A stretch of 64,000 nt of DNA from the human T2T-CHM13v2.0 reference genome, Homo sapiens. How positions within the stretch are numbered: the first letter of the stretch is position 1; every line of letters begins with the position of its first letter. A program made the translations under genes and the position numbers. Under the pieces are notes generated by a model, which was given only the letters and a program-made list of their open reading frames with translations, ran no database searches and was not told where the DNA came from. The stretch lies in the NCBI RefSeq assembly GCF_009914755.1, contig NC_060947.1, one strand, 5' to 3'. Below, one piece after another: positions 41,234-54,692 of the stretch.

Positions 41234-42109
41234 ACTTAGTCTAAATCTCTGATATTACAGAGGAAAAAGCTTAGTGAGGTTAAATGTCTCATTCCAGGTC
41301 ACCACATTAGAGAGAAGGAACATGAACTTGGAGCAGGTAAACCTAAATGTAAATCTTAACTTCATAACTGACTGTATAACCTTGGGAAAATTATATAACC
41401 CCTGAAAACTTCTTCCTTCATCTTTAAAACAGGGATGCTGTTCCCACCTTACAAGGGTTATTGTAGGATAACCGATAATATACTGTCTATATTGCATGTG
41501 GCTCAATGCCTAGCACTTGGCCGGTTCCCAATAAATAGCAGTCATTGTAGCGTTATTATTATTTACTATTATAGAACCCAGGTTTCTTAATTCCCAATCT
41601 GGGACTTTCTAAAGTCCTACCAGAAGTCTGGAGTAGAGTGGTAGCTAAGACCTGAACTTCTAAACTTCCAGATCTTAGTGTCACACAGATCTTTAGACAA
41701 GGCTGGGTTTGAGAAGGAACCACTCATATGGATAGAGAAATCTACAGCTATGAAGATACATATGGCTTTGACCATGGAACACAACCCCCCCCCCCACCGA
41801 CTATATAAGGTAAAGAATTTCCAAGAGTATCCATATAGTTAGAACCATGTTTTAAAATTAGAGACTTTAGAATACAATCCTGTTTCAGAATCAAAAAGGC
41901 TTCCTAAGTTTACTATTTAGGAGAATTAGGTGGCAAAGAATCCTTTTGTGAAGTTAGTAATCACTTTTATACCATTTGAGTTTCCTTTAGTCTACCTTTA
42001 GGTCCACTGAGAGACTCTAAAAAGCATGTGGTTACTGTGGCAGTTACATGTAACACTGAAAAGGCAAAGGCTCCATCCCCTGGCTACATTTGTGGGATTT
42101 AAAAATTCT

Positions 42110-42411
<302 letters not shown>

Positions 42412-44389
42412 CTATTTAGGTGCTGTGATTCTTCTGTGGTGACTGTTTTCTAAGTAAAAGGGCATAAAAGCCACTAAGAGTAATGTCAAGAATGCTGAGG
42501 ATTTATTTATTTTCCTTGGGTAAATGTAGAAAGCCTCTTTAATAGCATTTGCTGAGATTTAGGGGTATGCCACCAAGCAGGGCAATGGGCTATACTATCT
42601 TCCTTAATGGATAGTACCCATTCCTTAATTAACAGCTCAAAGCACTTTGTCGTCTGGGCCTGATTTTCTAATCCCACTGAAATACAGTGATCAGGGCACA
42701 GCAATGATAACCCATAGGAGAGCAAATTCAAAGCCCACCTATTAATCAGGTAATGTGCTAAGCTCTATAGCACCCCAATCACCACTCAGGATGGAGACAA
42801 AGAAAAGTTCCATGTACAAAGATTCAAGATAACTGGGAATAAAAAGAACTCTAATCTCTGGTAATGGAAAAGGAGGAGCTTTTAGCAATTCTAATTATAC
42901 CCAAGCATCTACTCTGGGGAGCTATGTTGGGGCAATCTGAGTCATTGCTGATCTTTGAGAAGTGAGGCAGGAAGCAGTATAGAGAACCGATAAGCCACTT
43001 GAATCTTGCTTTTCAAAGGAGCATCACAGATCACTCAGCTGGTTTGCCAGGATTTATATACTGCAAAGTCTTTAAGTCGATTTTATTAGACAGCTCAAGA
43101 TTGAAGGTCCCCTGGACAATCAGCAGGGGTTAAATGTATCTTAATGTAATCCCAACTGATTGGAAAAATTAGAAGGCTGGGGAATTTTAATTAATGCTCA
43201 ATTTCTCTAACTCTCTTTATAGCATTCAGCCCTGAGAGTCTTCCCATTTTGATATGGTAAAATGAAAACATTGTTCTTGCTCTTTTTCTGGCTCCTGGGT
43301 ATTTTCCCATGTTCCTGGAGACGGATAGCAGATGATATTCCATTACTTATTCCCTGTTCACTGTTATTTCCCAGTAGACTCAAAATGTAACCTCTCCATA
43401 GAAGGTCTAATCGCTGAAGTGAAAAATCTTGGCAAAATCAAATTTTCTGGAGAGAATCGTATTACCCTTTTTTTTCACCACTAAGAACTGCTAATTGGGA
43501 ATTCAGTAAATCTCTGATAGACACTCTGTGAAAAAAAAAAAAAAGTGTGTTCCAGGGCACTTATTTTTTTCTTGTTATATCTCAGTTTCCTGGAAATCAG
43601 AGAATGTTGCTTCTGCAACAATGGGGTACTCACTCACCATTTATCTTTAGGAGACTGGTACTTGGTCTGCTCCAGTCTAGTTTGATCCATTGACTTTTTA
43701 GACCAGGTCTGATTTTGCCTAGTCTACAACAGAGAAGTTAAGATCCTTATCAGAGATCTTATGGCTATTTAGTGGTGGAGAGCTGGGATATGAAACCAGG
43801 CTGGCCTGTGTCACTTCTGAGCTTGAAAACTTACCCATTATGCTATAGTGCCTGCTCCAGAGAAGGTACAAAGCTCTACATGCTACCTGCCAACCAGCCC
43901 TTGCTTTTCCTAATGCATTTTAAAGGGCTTTTGCCTATGTAAATAATTATTGTGGTAGCTACATTTTTAATGTAGAGAATCATAACTTTAGAGCTGGATG
44001 AAGCATTAGAGGTATCTAGGCTAATCTAACACAATATTTTTGCTTTACACACAAGGAGGTTGAGACCAAGGAGGTTATATGACTATCCCCAGATCCCACA
44101 GCTAGTTAGTGACAGACTTGGGAATAGAACACAGTTGTCTTGATTTATAAACTGGTAGTCTGTCCTCTATACTATAATACCATTTTTTGTACATTTGATG
44201 TAGACACACCCAGAATAGTCTAGTAGGCAGTTGGCTACATGTATCTGAAGCTTAGAAGAGATATAGACTAAAAATATAGATTTGGAAGTCATTAGCATGT
44301 AGTAGTAATTACCTCATACTCTCTTGCTTTGCTTTCTAGACCTCTGACCCCTCCTTCTGTCATCATCCATCCAATCCTCCCTCCCACCA

Positions 44390-45400
44390 TCATTCAACAA
44401 ATATTTATTGAACACCTACTATATGTAAGACACTTTTCTAAGTGCTGGTGATACATCAGGAGACAAAAAAGACAAAAATTCTGCCTTCGTGGGGTTTATA
44501 TTCTACAAATTATATAGTTGGTTAAAAGGTAATAACTCCAGTATGGGCAACATGGCAAAATCCTGTCTTTAAAAACAATACAAAAATTAGTTGGGCATGA
44601 TGGGGCATGCCTGCAGTCCCAGCTACTCGAGAGGCTGAGGCAGGAGGATCACTTGAGCCTAGGAGGTGGAGGCTGCAGTGAGCCAAGATCACACCACTGC
44701 ACTCTGGCCTGGGCAACAGAGGGAGACCCTGTCTCAAAAAAAAGAAACATGTTTTATAAAAAATAGAGAAGGTAAATAGGATTGGGACTGTGGCAGAGAG
44801 ATAATTTTTAAATAGGTTATCAGGGTCACTGAGAAAGTGACATTTGAGCAAAGACTTGAAAGAAGTGAGAGAGTTAGCCACGCAGATATTTAGAGGGGAA
44901 GTGTTCTAGCTAGGTGGAAGAGCTAGCGCAAAGGCCCTATGATGGGAGAGTGGCTGGTGTGTTCATGGAACAGCATGAAGGTCAGTGTGACCGGAACAGA
45001 GGAAGAGATGGGGAGGAGAGTAGGAGATGAAGTCAAAGAGACAATGGAGGGGAGGAACAGATCATATCTGACCTTCTAGGCAATTAAAAGGACTTTAGTC
45101 TCTATTGTGAGTGAAATGGGGAGCCATTCAAGGGTTCTGAGTAGAGGAATTACATGATCAGACTTAGGTTTTAAAAGGATCACTCTGTCTGTTCTGTTCA
45201 GAATAGACTGTAGGGGGCAAGGGTGAAGAAGGAAGACTAATTAGAAGGCTATTACAATAATTTAGAAAATGAATCATGGCAGATACAAACTAAATCATAG
45301 CAGTGGTTATTGTGAATATGGAAGGATTACAGACATATGTTGTTAGGTAGACTGACATAATTTTCTCACAGATTAAACGCACTGTGTGAGGGAAAGAAAT
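44390..45400 (-). mobile_element. L2a 3' part interrupted by a truncated Alu
   Basis: cattcaacaaatatttattgaacacctact tail; gtgacatttgagcaaagac; ttttaaaaggatcactctg. Confidence 0.8.
44538..44743 (+). mobile_element. 5'-truncated Alu (AluJ class)
   Basis: ggaggatcacttgagcctaggagg; gagaccctgtctc followed by A-tail. Confidence 0.9.
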
Positions 45401-45916
45401 CCATTAGATTTGGCATTCACTATTTAAGTGAAAATGCCTTAGAGTGATTCACTACAGTTTTAGTTCCGATACCTTCCATGTGGAAGTGAACCAGAAAGGG
45501 GTATGCTTGAAGTTGGGCTGGAGGAGAGTGTGAGGAGTATGAGGTCAGGAAGTAGTTGAACCTGACTAAATGGCAGGTATGTGGCAAGTAGAAGTGATGG
45601 ATTGAAGACAGTCATATGAAGCAGACAAGTAAAAGGTTTTTGAGGTCAGGAGTTGGACTATGAATCTGTGGGCAGTGGGAGCCACAGGACAATTTTATGG
45701 TTCTATATATGTGACAAGCACTTGGATGAAATGTCAGGTGGGACACAGGGGAGGGAATGGATGGCAAAGATACTTTCTAATAAAGCAACAAGAATTAGAA
45801 GCAGACCGTATGAGTCCCTGAATCACAGGACCTTATTGCTGAGAGGAATTTCAGAGGCCATTGAGTGTAAGAGAATATACCAGAGGCAGGCAGGAGTAAG
45901 GAGTGGGGTTTATAAT

Positions 45917-46333
45917 TGATATGGTTCGGCCCTGTGTTCCTGCCCAATTCTCATGTAGAATTGTAATACCCCATGTTAGAGGTGGGGCCTGATGGGAGGT
46001 GATTGGATCAGGGGGTGGATTTCTCATGAATGATTTAGCACCATCCTTTTGGTGCTGCTCTTGTGATAGTGAGTGAGTTACCGTGAGATATGGTTGTTTA
46101 AAAGTCAGGAGCACCTCATCCCCACTCTCTTGTTCCTGCTCCTGCCACACGAGACACCTCGCTCCATCTTTGCCTTCTGCCATGATTGGAAGCTTCCTGA
46201 GGCCTCCCCAGAAGCAGAAGCCACTATGCTTCCTGTACAGCCTGCAGAACCATAAGCCAATTCAACCTCTTTTCTTTAAAAATGACCCAGCCTCAGGTGT
46301 TTCTTTATAGCAATGTGAGAACAGACTAATACA
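45917..46333 (+). mobile_element. MSTA-like MaLR solo LTR
   Basis: tgatatggtt ... agactaataca with perfect 5-bp TSD ATAAT at 45912-45916 and 46334-46338. Confidence 0.92.
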
Positions 46334-48634
46334 ATAATCAAGGCCTGATCAGGCAGGGTTGGTGGGCTGAGATGATAAAGGGTTCAGTCACACCAAATCC
46401 CTGTTCTTCCTTTCCTACCCTGCTCTTCCCATCTCACCTTCACAAAGCAATGTCTTGGGGCCACCAACAACAATGTCACTTTTGCCATGCTTTCAGCAGA
46501 GAACTAAGAGAAGCACTTCTATTAGTGTTTTCTCCACCCAAGTAATCCAAGCCCACTTTGAACAAAACTCAAGTTCTAAAAAGCAAACAGAACACCAGTT
46601 TACTTTAAGCTGTGTCAAGAGTTTTATGTTTGAATTCAATTCCAAGGCCAGGTTCCTTCCCAGAAGCCACCAATTTACTGGTGCTAGTTGCCCCGTAAGC
46701 ATTCTCAATACAAGGATGAAGAACTAAAAGACGGAGCCATGGGGGAGATATGCTGCCCTCTCACTCTGTGAGAGGTTCTTCCAACTCAGAACTGTAGAGG
46801 CATGGCTGCAGGTGGGGAAATATAAAAATGTATTTGAGAGATGTCAGTCCGTTTCTTTTACTAGAGGCTATCAAAAGTTAGAGCCTTCTTAAGCTATATA
46901 TTTCTAGATTCATTTGAAGACTGCTCAACAATATGGTCTATGTGTCATAAACAAGGCATCTGTACTTTAGAAATTTAGAAACTGAACATCCTGTAAAGTA
47001 AACTACTGCAACCAACCTGGACATTACAGGTTGTGAGCCATCCTGTTAGCTTAGATATATTTGAGACAATGAAAGCCTGCTGCAGGCTGATTATGCGATA
47101 AATGAATGATTAATCAGCAGGATTCTACCCTTTCATAAGCAGGAGGTTTTAACACTGGCAGTGCCTAAGTTCATGGCTTTTTGTGTAGAAAAGGTACTAT
47201 CAGGAATACAACTTTCTCTAATCTGAAAGCAACATGCTGAAAGGTAAAAAAGGCCATTGCCCACTTGTAGGGACAGTGGAACTAAGAGTAAGAGACAGAT
47301 AAAATGGTGCTGCTCATTCACTTAGGCACTAAACACAAATCCAGGAATGGCCATTTGAGCTGGCAAGTAAGGCCTGCAAGGGCCATCTTATTCTCCATTC
47401 CCTAATTCTCCTTGTGACATACTAGCTCTTCTCTCAATACAGTCCTCTGAGATGCTGGCCTCCTAGATTTCTTATTGGTCTGGAAGGATGTATCTTGTTG
47501 ACAACCACGTTCAAAAACCAGAAGAAAGCATAAAGATCTGTTTTTTTTTTCTAGCAAAAGAGGCCAAGATGATCTATCCAACCAACCTGATTGATTATAA
47601 AATCCTCTCAGTTATGAGCAGACCATACTAAGTAAAATCTGGGTCCCTGCCAGGGCTTGGGCCATGATTAACTGATTCCTATTAAAGGTAGGAGATGAAA
47701 TATTTGTCTGAAGTCACATGTCAAAGATTCATATTTATCCTGATAAGGCAAGGTCATTTGATCTATGCCCTAAACCACTGAATGTATCTCTTAACAAACA
47801 GCTCTAATCTTTGTACTGCAGTGGTGGTTCCCTTGGTATGCCACCCAGTATGACTAGAACTATGGAAAAATCATTAATGAGGCTTGGGGCACATGCAGAA
47901 TCAGCTTCTAATCACTGAATGTATATAAAACCCCAAGTGCATCTGGAAAAAAAGTTTTAGTCAATTATTATTAGTGGGACATTTTAAGTAAAATAGGGCC
48001 ACCCTATCTTTACACATGTTTTAAAGTGAATCTAAGGAGAAGCCTCCTCATTACTGACAAAATGGATCTCTAGATTACTTCCACATGAACTGCATTGACT
48101 GGTGGCTATGAGTAGTGTGACTTAGTCTCAATATTCCTCTTTGCCCTTCCAATATGTTGAGCCATGCCTCACTGTATATTACAACCCATCGGTTGAATAG
48201 CAGTGGTTCGAGTGATGTATGAATAGTTGCTAGCAGTGGAAGATTCTTAGCACCAAATGTATATTCTCATGTGCTTCAGACCACACTCTGTCTCTGCCAC
48301 CATCAGCACATGCGGCAGTTACGAAAAGAAAAGACTGCAGATGATGGTGTTGAGCAATCTGTATGCTTCCTTCTTTACTAACACACTTGAATTCCTTACC
48401 AGATGGCATTAGAAACATGTATCATTTGTACTGCAACCTGCACACAAAAGTCTACTGTTGTGTGCATAAAATTCAACCCTGCCTAGCAAGAGAAAATTTT
48501 CCTGTCTTCTGTTCTCTAGGTGAAGCTTTCGTACAAACATCTATGAAGCCCTTGGGTATTCTTTTGAGAAAGAAGAAAGCTTTCTTGTACACTAAAATAT
48601 TGTGTCTTGTGTGGAGAAAAAAGCAGAATATTAC

Positions 48635-48790
48635 TTGGATTTGGAGGGAAGAGCGTGCAGCTTTTACAGTGTATGATCTCTTTTACTACTGGCATATCTG
48701 GAGGAATTGGTGGAGGTACTATTCCCAAACCAGGCATCATTGGAGTTATTGGTGGAATTCCAGTCATCATTCCAAGAGCAGGATCAAAGT
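48635..48790 (-). CDS. ENOX2: ENOX2 exon B (156 nt): (D)FDPALGMMTGIPPITPMMPGLGIVPPPIPPDMPVVKEIIHCKSCTLFPPNP(N)
   Basis: Acceptor ccttttttag|ACTTT, donor CCAA|gtaata; phase 1-1; in frame with exons A and C. Confidence 0.96.
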
Positions 48791-50788
48791 CTAAAAAAGG
48801 AGAAGAGAGAACAATAAATGACACCAGGCAAAGTTAAGTGGAGATAGAATGTTACTTTGTAAGCTTCAAATCAAAGGCCTTTCTAAGACAGAGGCAAAAT
48901 ATTTAACAAGCATGGTACTTAGTATTCCCAGGTCTTAAATATTATCTTATAGTTGTGCATTTTCCTTTCAGGATGGGGCTGTTTGGTTTGACCAGGGCTT
49001 ATTTAAGTCTCTGCATCTCATTGTGGCATCCAAGGTCTTTCATAGGATGGCCATGCCTTGTCTATTGATCTTGCCTCTCCTAGTTTCCAACACACACTCT
49101 CTGCTCCATTCCGAGAAGGCTTTTTACTGTCCCTTGTACATGTTTTCTTTGTACGGTACAGCATGATATTAAGAGCACAGAGTTTTGGGGATCAAGCAGA
49201 CCTGGGTTTTAGGTCTACCATTTGCTTAGCAGGATGAACTTCCATTTCCTCATCTGCAAAATAGGGTTAATATCACCTACGCTACAGGAAGCTGTGAGGA
49301 GTAAACAAAATGATGAATCTAATATGCTGAGCATAGGTTTGATAAATAACTATTCTCTGTGCCTTTGTTCATGTTTTTCTTTCTGCCTGGAATTATTTGG
49401 GCCTCCGCAAATTCTCCCCATGCTTCAAGGCCTGGCTTAAGTGTCACCTTCCTTGAAGAGGCTTTTCCAGATAATTCTGGTTCATTCTTGACTTTGCCTC
49501 TAAAAGCTATAGGTTCTATACCTGTTACCACTGATTTTTTTTTTATTTTGCATTATTCTTTGTTTAATTCAGGGATGCCTCTAGCATGTGTGGGGGCACC
49601 CAAACAAGTATTTTTTGTGGGGCCTATCTACGTACATGGTTTGTTTCACTGCGAATCAGTACTGGCAGCATTTTCGTGGCACAATCTCACGCGATACCAT
49701 GAAAGAAATACCACACCAGCCAGCTGGAGTGGTTTCCTTGCCAGGCCACTCTCCTGGAACCAAGACTTTGGGGAGGATTCCATGAGTCCTGAAGCTTCTT
49801 GGGGCATCTAGTTCACTGCACATACAGGTTAGAGGATTGGATAGTATCGCAAAGGGGAGAAATGGGGACTCAGGTACACATGTGTCCTGTTTAAGATTGG
49901 GGCTTCTCAGATGATAATGCCAGTCACAGTCAGTCCCAGACACTGGAGGGGAACTTAGAAAATTTCAAGAAAGGTACTTCTTACAACCAGAATACAAGGA
50001 GGAGCTGCTCTGGACCCAGGACAGCTGCCCTGATGATACTGCCTGCCTGGCCAGTGCTTGGCTCTGGAAGGGGACTTAGAAATTATCCAGGTAGGCATTC
50101 CAAAGCACAGGGGTCCCTGAGGAGGAGCCCCACTTGCCTGGATCTAAGGCTGGTATTGATTTCATTGTTTAAATCTTGCCTCTAGGTCAAAATGGAATTT
50201 CTGTGAGAGAAGGGAGTGCACTTTACTTCTTTGTTTCTCTGCCTCCCACTTCTGCCTTCGCTATAGAACCTGCAGACTGCAAAGAAAGAAAGTGGACTGC
50301 AAAGAAAGAAAGTACTGCAGCCTGAGGGGTTCTGGTAATGCAGAGGCAGTTGCAGCAGCAGTAGCAGGACTTACTCCCAAAGACTTCACCATGTTCACCA
50401 CACAGGCCAGAAGAGCAATGCCTGTACACATGTCCTTAAAGTGGCCCTGAAGTCCCCTGGGTGGCTCTTTGTCTCTAAGATGCTGGATGAGGTCAACCTA
50501 AATGGCAGGAAAAACCCAGGATTCCCACAGAAGCAGAACCTCAGGTCTGACAGGCACAATAAGAGGGAGATCTGGAGCTGGGCAGGCAGATGGCACATGG
50601 ACATCCCCTGTTACAAAGGCAGCCCAAGCAAGCTAGGGCACTACCCAGCCTCTCACATGCCTTTTTATCCTGTGATGTCAAGACCCTGAAAATGTTTGGG
50701 AAGAAAAAAATTCTCCCAAGAGGAAGTTTTATTTTTATGAAAATATTTACTTTTAGCCCTCAAATGTCATCTCACTCAACTTGCATGT

Positions 50789-50818
50789 ACACACACACAC
50801 ACACACACATACACACAC
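50789..50818. repeat. (CA)n microsatellite
   Basis: Directly visible. Confidence 0.9.
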
Positions 50819-50911
50819 GTACTCTCCCCTTCCCTCCCTCCCACCCATGGCTCTCATATCTATACTCTACTCTCCTCCATATAGTAGTTATGTGATGTTG
50901 AAGAAAGTTTC

Positions 50912-51000
50912 TTAATATCTGTGTGCCTCCATTTCCTTTTTGGTAAAAGTGGGGGGTTAATATCTGTATGCCTCTATTTCCTTTTTGGTAAAAGTGGGGG
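50912..51000. repeat. 45-bp tandem duplication within a MIR remnant
   Basis: ttaatatctgt(g/a)tgcctc(c/t)atttcctttttggtaaaagtggggg present twice, at 50912 and 50957. Confidence 0.9.
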
Positions 51001-52314
51001 TAAATAATGGCATTTAGCTCAAAGGACGAAAGCACAGAACAGATATGAAGACCTCTGGCGTGAGAGATAGTACTGATAGGTAAGTTTCCTTCCTTCCATT
51101 TAAAATGTGAAAACTCACACTGATAAATTCACTAATTGAGGCATTCATTCACACATTCACAAACATCTGTGATAGGCTTCCTATATGTCAGGCTCTATGC
51201 AAGTGTTGGGGGTGGTGTCTAGGTTTCCCGTTTGATCTTAGAGAACTTAAGGCTTCCGATACCCTGTCTTCCTATGCTGTAAAATAAGAGCACTATGGTT
51301 AAGAATGCCATTTATGTCTTCGGAAAATTTGATTTCTCATGCAGAAGATTTTGGAGAAATTATTAACATTATCTTACCCATTTACAAACTGTTATTTTTC
51401 GTTAGGAAAAGATCAGATTAGATTGTGTGCCAACAAAACAATCCCATCTATTTTTCCTCTTCTACTGAAATGTTTGTCTTCCTTCTATTGTTCTGCCTGC
51501 CTCCTTGTTATTCGTATAGCTCTGTCACTCACAACTCTACCTTACCACAGATTACAGAAACATCAGCTCATTAAACAAGTTCTGCCACTTTGGCTGAGAA
51601 GGAAATGTCTGTCTCCATTTACTGTCTACTAATAAATGGAGACAAACAAAAAACAAATATACAGGATAAATATAACTCCTGACTGATGTACTTACCACTC
51701 TGCTGTTTCGTATAATTACATTAATATTTTATAAATTCATTTAAAAGCAAACGTATTCATTGCATATGGCTAAAGCCAGAGTAGATAAACTCCCCCTCTT
51801 CCTTTTGTTCAATATGCCAGGAGTTCCATAGGCTACACTGCCCATAAGGGCTTCCTAGAGGGCAGGTTGTACATGACATTTCAAAGGCTTCTATCACGTT
51901 GATTATTTCTTTTGTTTATCTTTAACCATTAAGCACCAAAGTGAATGTGGATTTCCAATGTCAACCAAGAAAACCATTTGAAGTCATGGGCTTTATACAT
52001 ATATTGCAGAACCTGAAAAATCAAAGAATTCCAGCAATTTAAAACACACTGGGAATAGAACACCAGAGGAATTATCTCCCTTTTCCAGGCCCCTGGCCTG
52101 GCTTGTGGAGTACTACCAAGTATGTACCATTGCCACTTATATTAGGAATTCAAAGTTTCAAAGATTTGAAATCATATAAAAGAGTTATGGAAAAGGCCAA
52201 GATACTCCTCCAAAGTCCTTTTCGCAATAAATATCCTGTTCTATTTTGCTTTTATCGTCTCTTCTAACACCATTTCCCCACTGCCTTCTTGACTCTTGGC
52301 ATGGCCATTGCTGA

Positions 52315-52660
<346 letters not shown>

Positions 52661-53448
52661 CGTATTCCCTCTTCTGATTCATGTACTTCCCAAAGTCCCA
52701 GCCCACTGGAAATTCTGCAAATGCTGTCTGTTAGCTGGGGCCAGCTTGCTCCTCAGACTTGCAACTCTACCATGTGATTTCAAGTAATGTTTCCATGTAG
52801 CTTTGAGCCTTCCTGATACCTAGCAACTTGCACTTACTCAACCTTGGCAGAGTGATTATTGTCCATTCTCTGTACACATCTGAGCCAAGGAATTACAATG
52901 GAGGCAAATGTCATTTCTGTGCAGCTACCCAGTTATCCCTATATCTATTCATTCAATATTTTGATGACAGGTCCTATGTCAGGTGTTGGGGCTGCAGAAA
53001 TGAATAAGACAAAAATCCTTGGCCTTATACTCTAGTTTGGAAACAACCACGCAAACAGTTACAATGCTGTACCATCAGTGAACCACCATAACTGTTTATT
53101 AAGTGCTTAAAATGTTTTAGGTTCAGTGCTAAGCATTTTATATAATCACATTCTAATAGACCTGTGAGCTTGGATATTGTTATCCTTCATTTTATGGATA
53201 AAGAAGTTGAGGTTCAAGGGGGGTTTAGTTACGTGCTCAAGTTTATACAGCCAGTAAGAGGCAGACCTAGAATTCAAATCCAACTTGGTCTAATTCTAAT
53301 GCCCTTAACCACTACACTGCCTCTCAATGTAGTATGACAATGGTTTCAATGAATTAATATGATTGCAGATATAAAGTGAAGCAAATATGTTGGAAAAAAT
53401 AAGGCATATGAGCAACAAAATGTTTACATACAATTCTTCTTCCCCCAA

Positions 53449-53979
53449 TATGGTGGATTAAAGTTGGATATAAATTCTTTGATTCTCCTTCCATCAAGGT
53501 AAGGGTCTATGCCCCTATCCCTTTGAATCTGGATGGGCTCTAGAACTGCTTTAACCAACAGAATATGGCAGAAGGGATACTGTGCCCTTTTTCAGGCCCA
53601 GGCATTAAGAGAGATGCAATTTCTACCTTTTGTCTCTAGAAATGTGTGATACAGGAGCTTTTCATCCTCATGGAAGGCTGACTACCCTGCTAGAGAGACC
53701 ATGTGGAGAGAGACTTAGAGCAAATGACAGAAGATGGATCCAGCTGAGCCCAGTCTTGTATCTGTCCTTACCAAGGTGCCATGCATATGAGTGAAGTCTT
53801 GAAATCAGCCTGCCACAACTGAGGTATCCCAGTTGATATCATATAGAACAGAAAAATTGCCCATCTCAGTCCTACCCAAATTCCTCAACCAGAAAAATCT
53901 TAAAATATAATAAAATGATTGTGTTTTAAGTCACTAACTTCTAAGGTAGTTTGTTATATAGCAATAGATAAGGAGAATA
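53449..53979 (+). mobile_element. Old MaLR LTR (MLT1G/H-like)
   Basis: ctttgaatctggatggg ... accaacagaatatggcagaag ... tttgttatatagcaatagataa. Confidence 0.75.
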
Positions 53980-54293
53980 TCCAGCATGGCTGCAGTGGAA
54001 TGTGATTGGTTAATAGAGTTAACAATTTTCAAGGAATGAAAATAGAAAGTACACTAAACAGCCAAACTAGACTGACCATGATTTTTCTCAGATTTTTGAA
54101 AAGGCGCTTTGGGATCCTGCAGGGCACAGAGCCACTGTCTTGGGCAACTGATGCCACTACACTGTTGCTATATGGAAGGACCATTGTTCAGTTGGAACAA
54201 TGTCAGATGACTGACGTTCTACTAGGTGTACTAAGATAACAGTTGTCTACCAAACCGTAGAAACCTCAGAGGTGTTCTACATCTGATGTCTGA

Positions 54294-54692
<399 letters not shown>

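Noticed and set aside
48363-48837. Plus-strand ORFs of 143 and 76 aa over exon B
   Set aside because: Antisense shadows of the ENOX2 exon with non-ATG starts and no independent support.
49590-50160. 150-aa ORF 49359..49811 and neighbouring GC-richer sequence
   Set aside because: Appears to be a mosaic of degraded L2, MLT1-like and MER fragments; non-ATG start, no splice signals or recognisable domain; subfamilies too uncertain to list as features.
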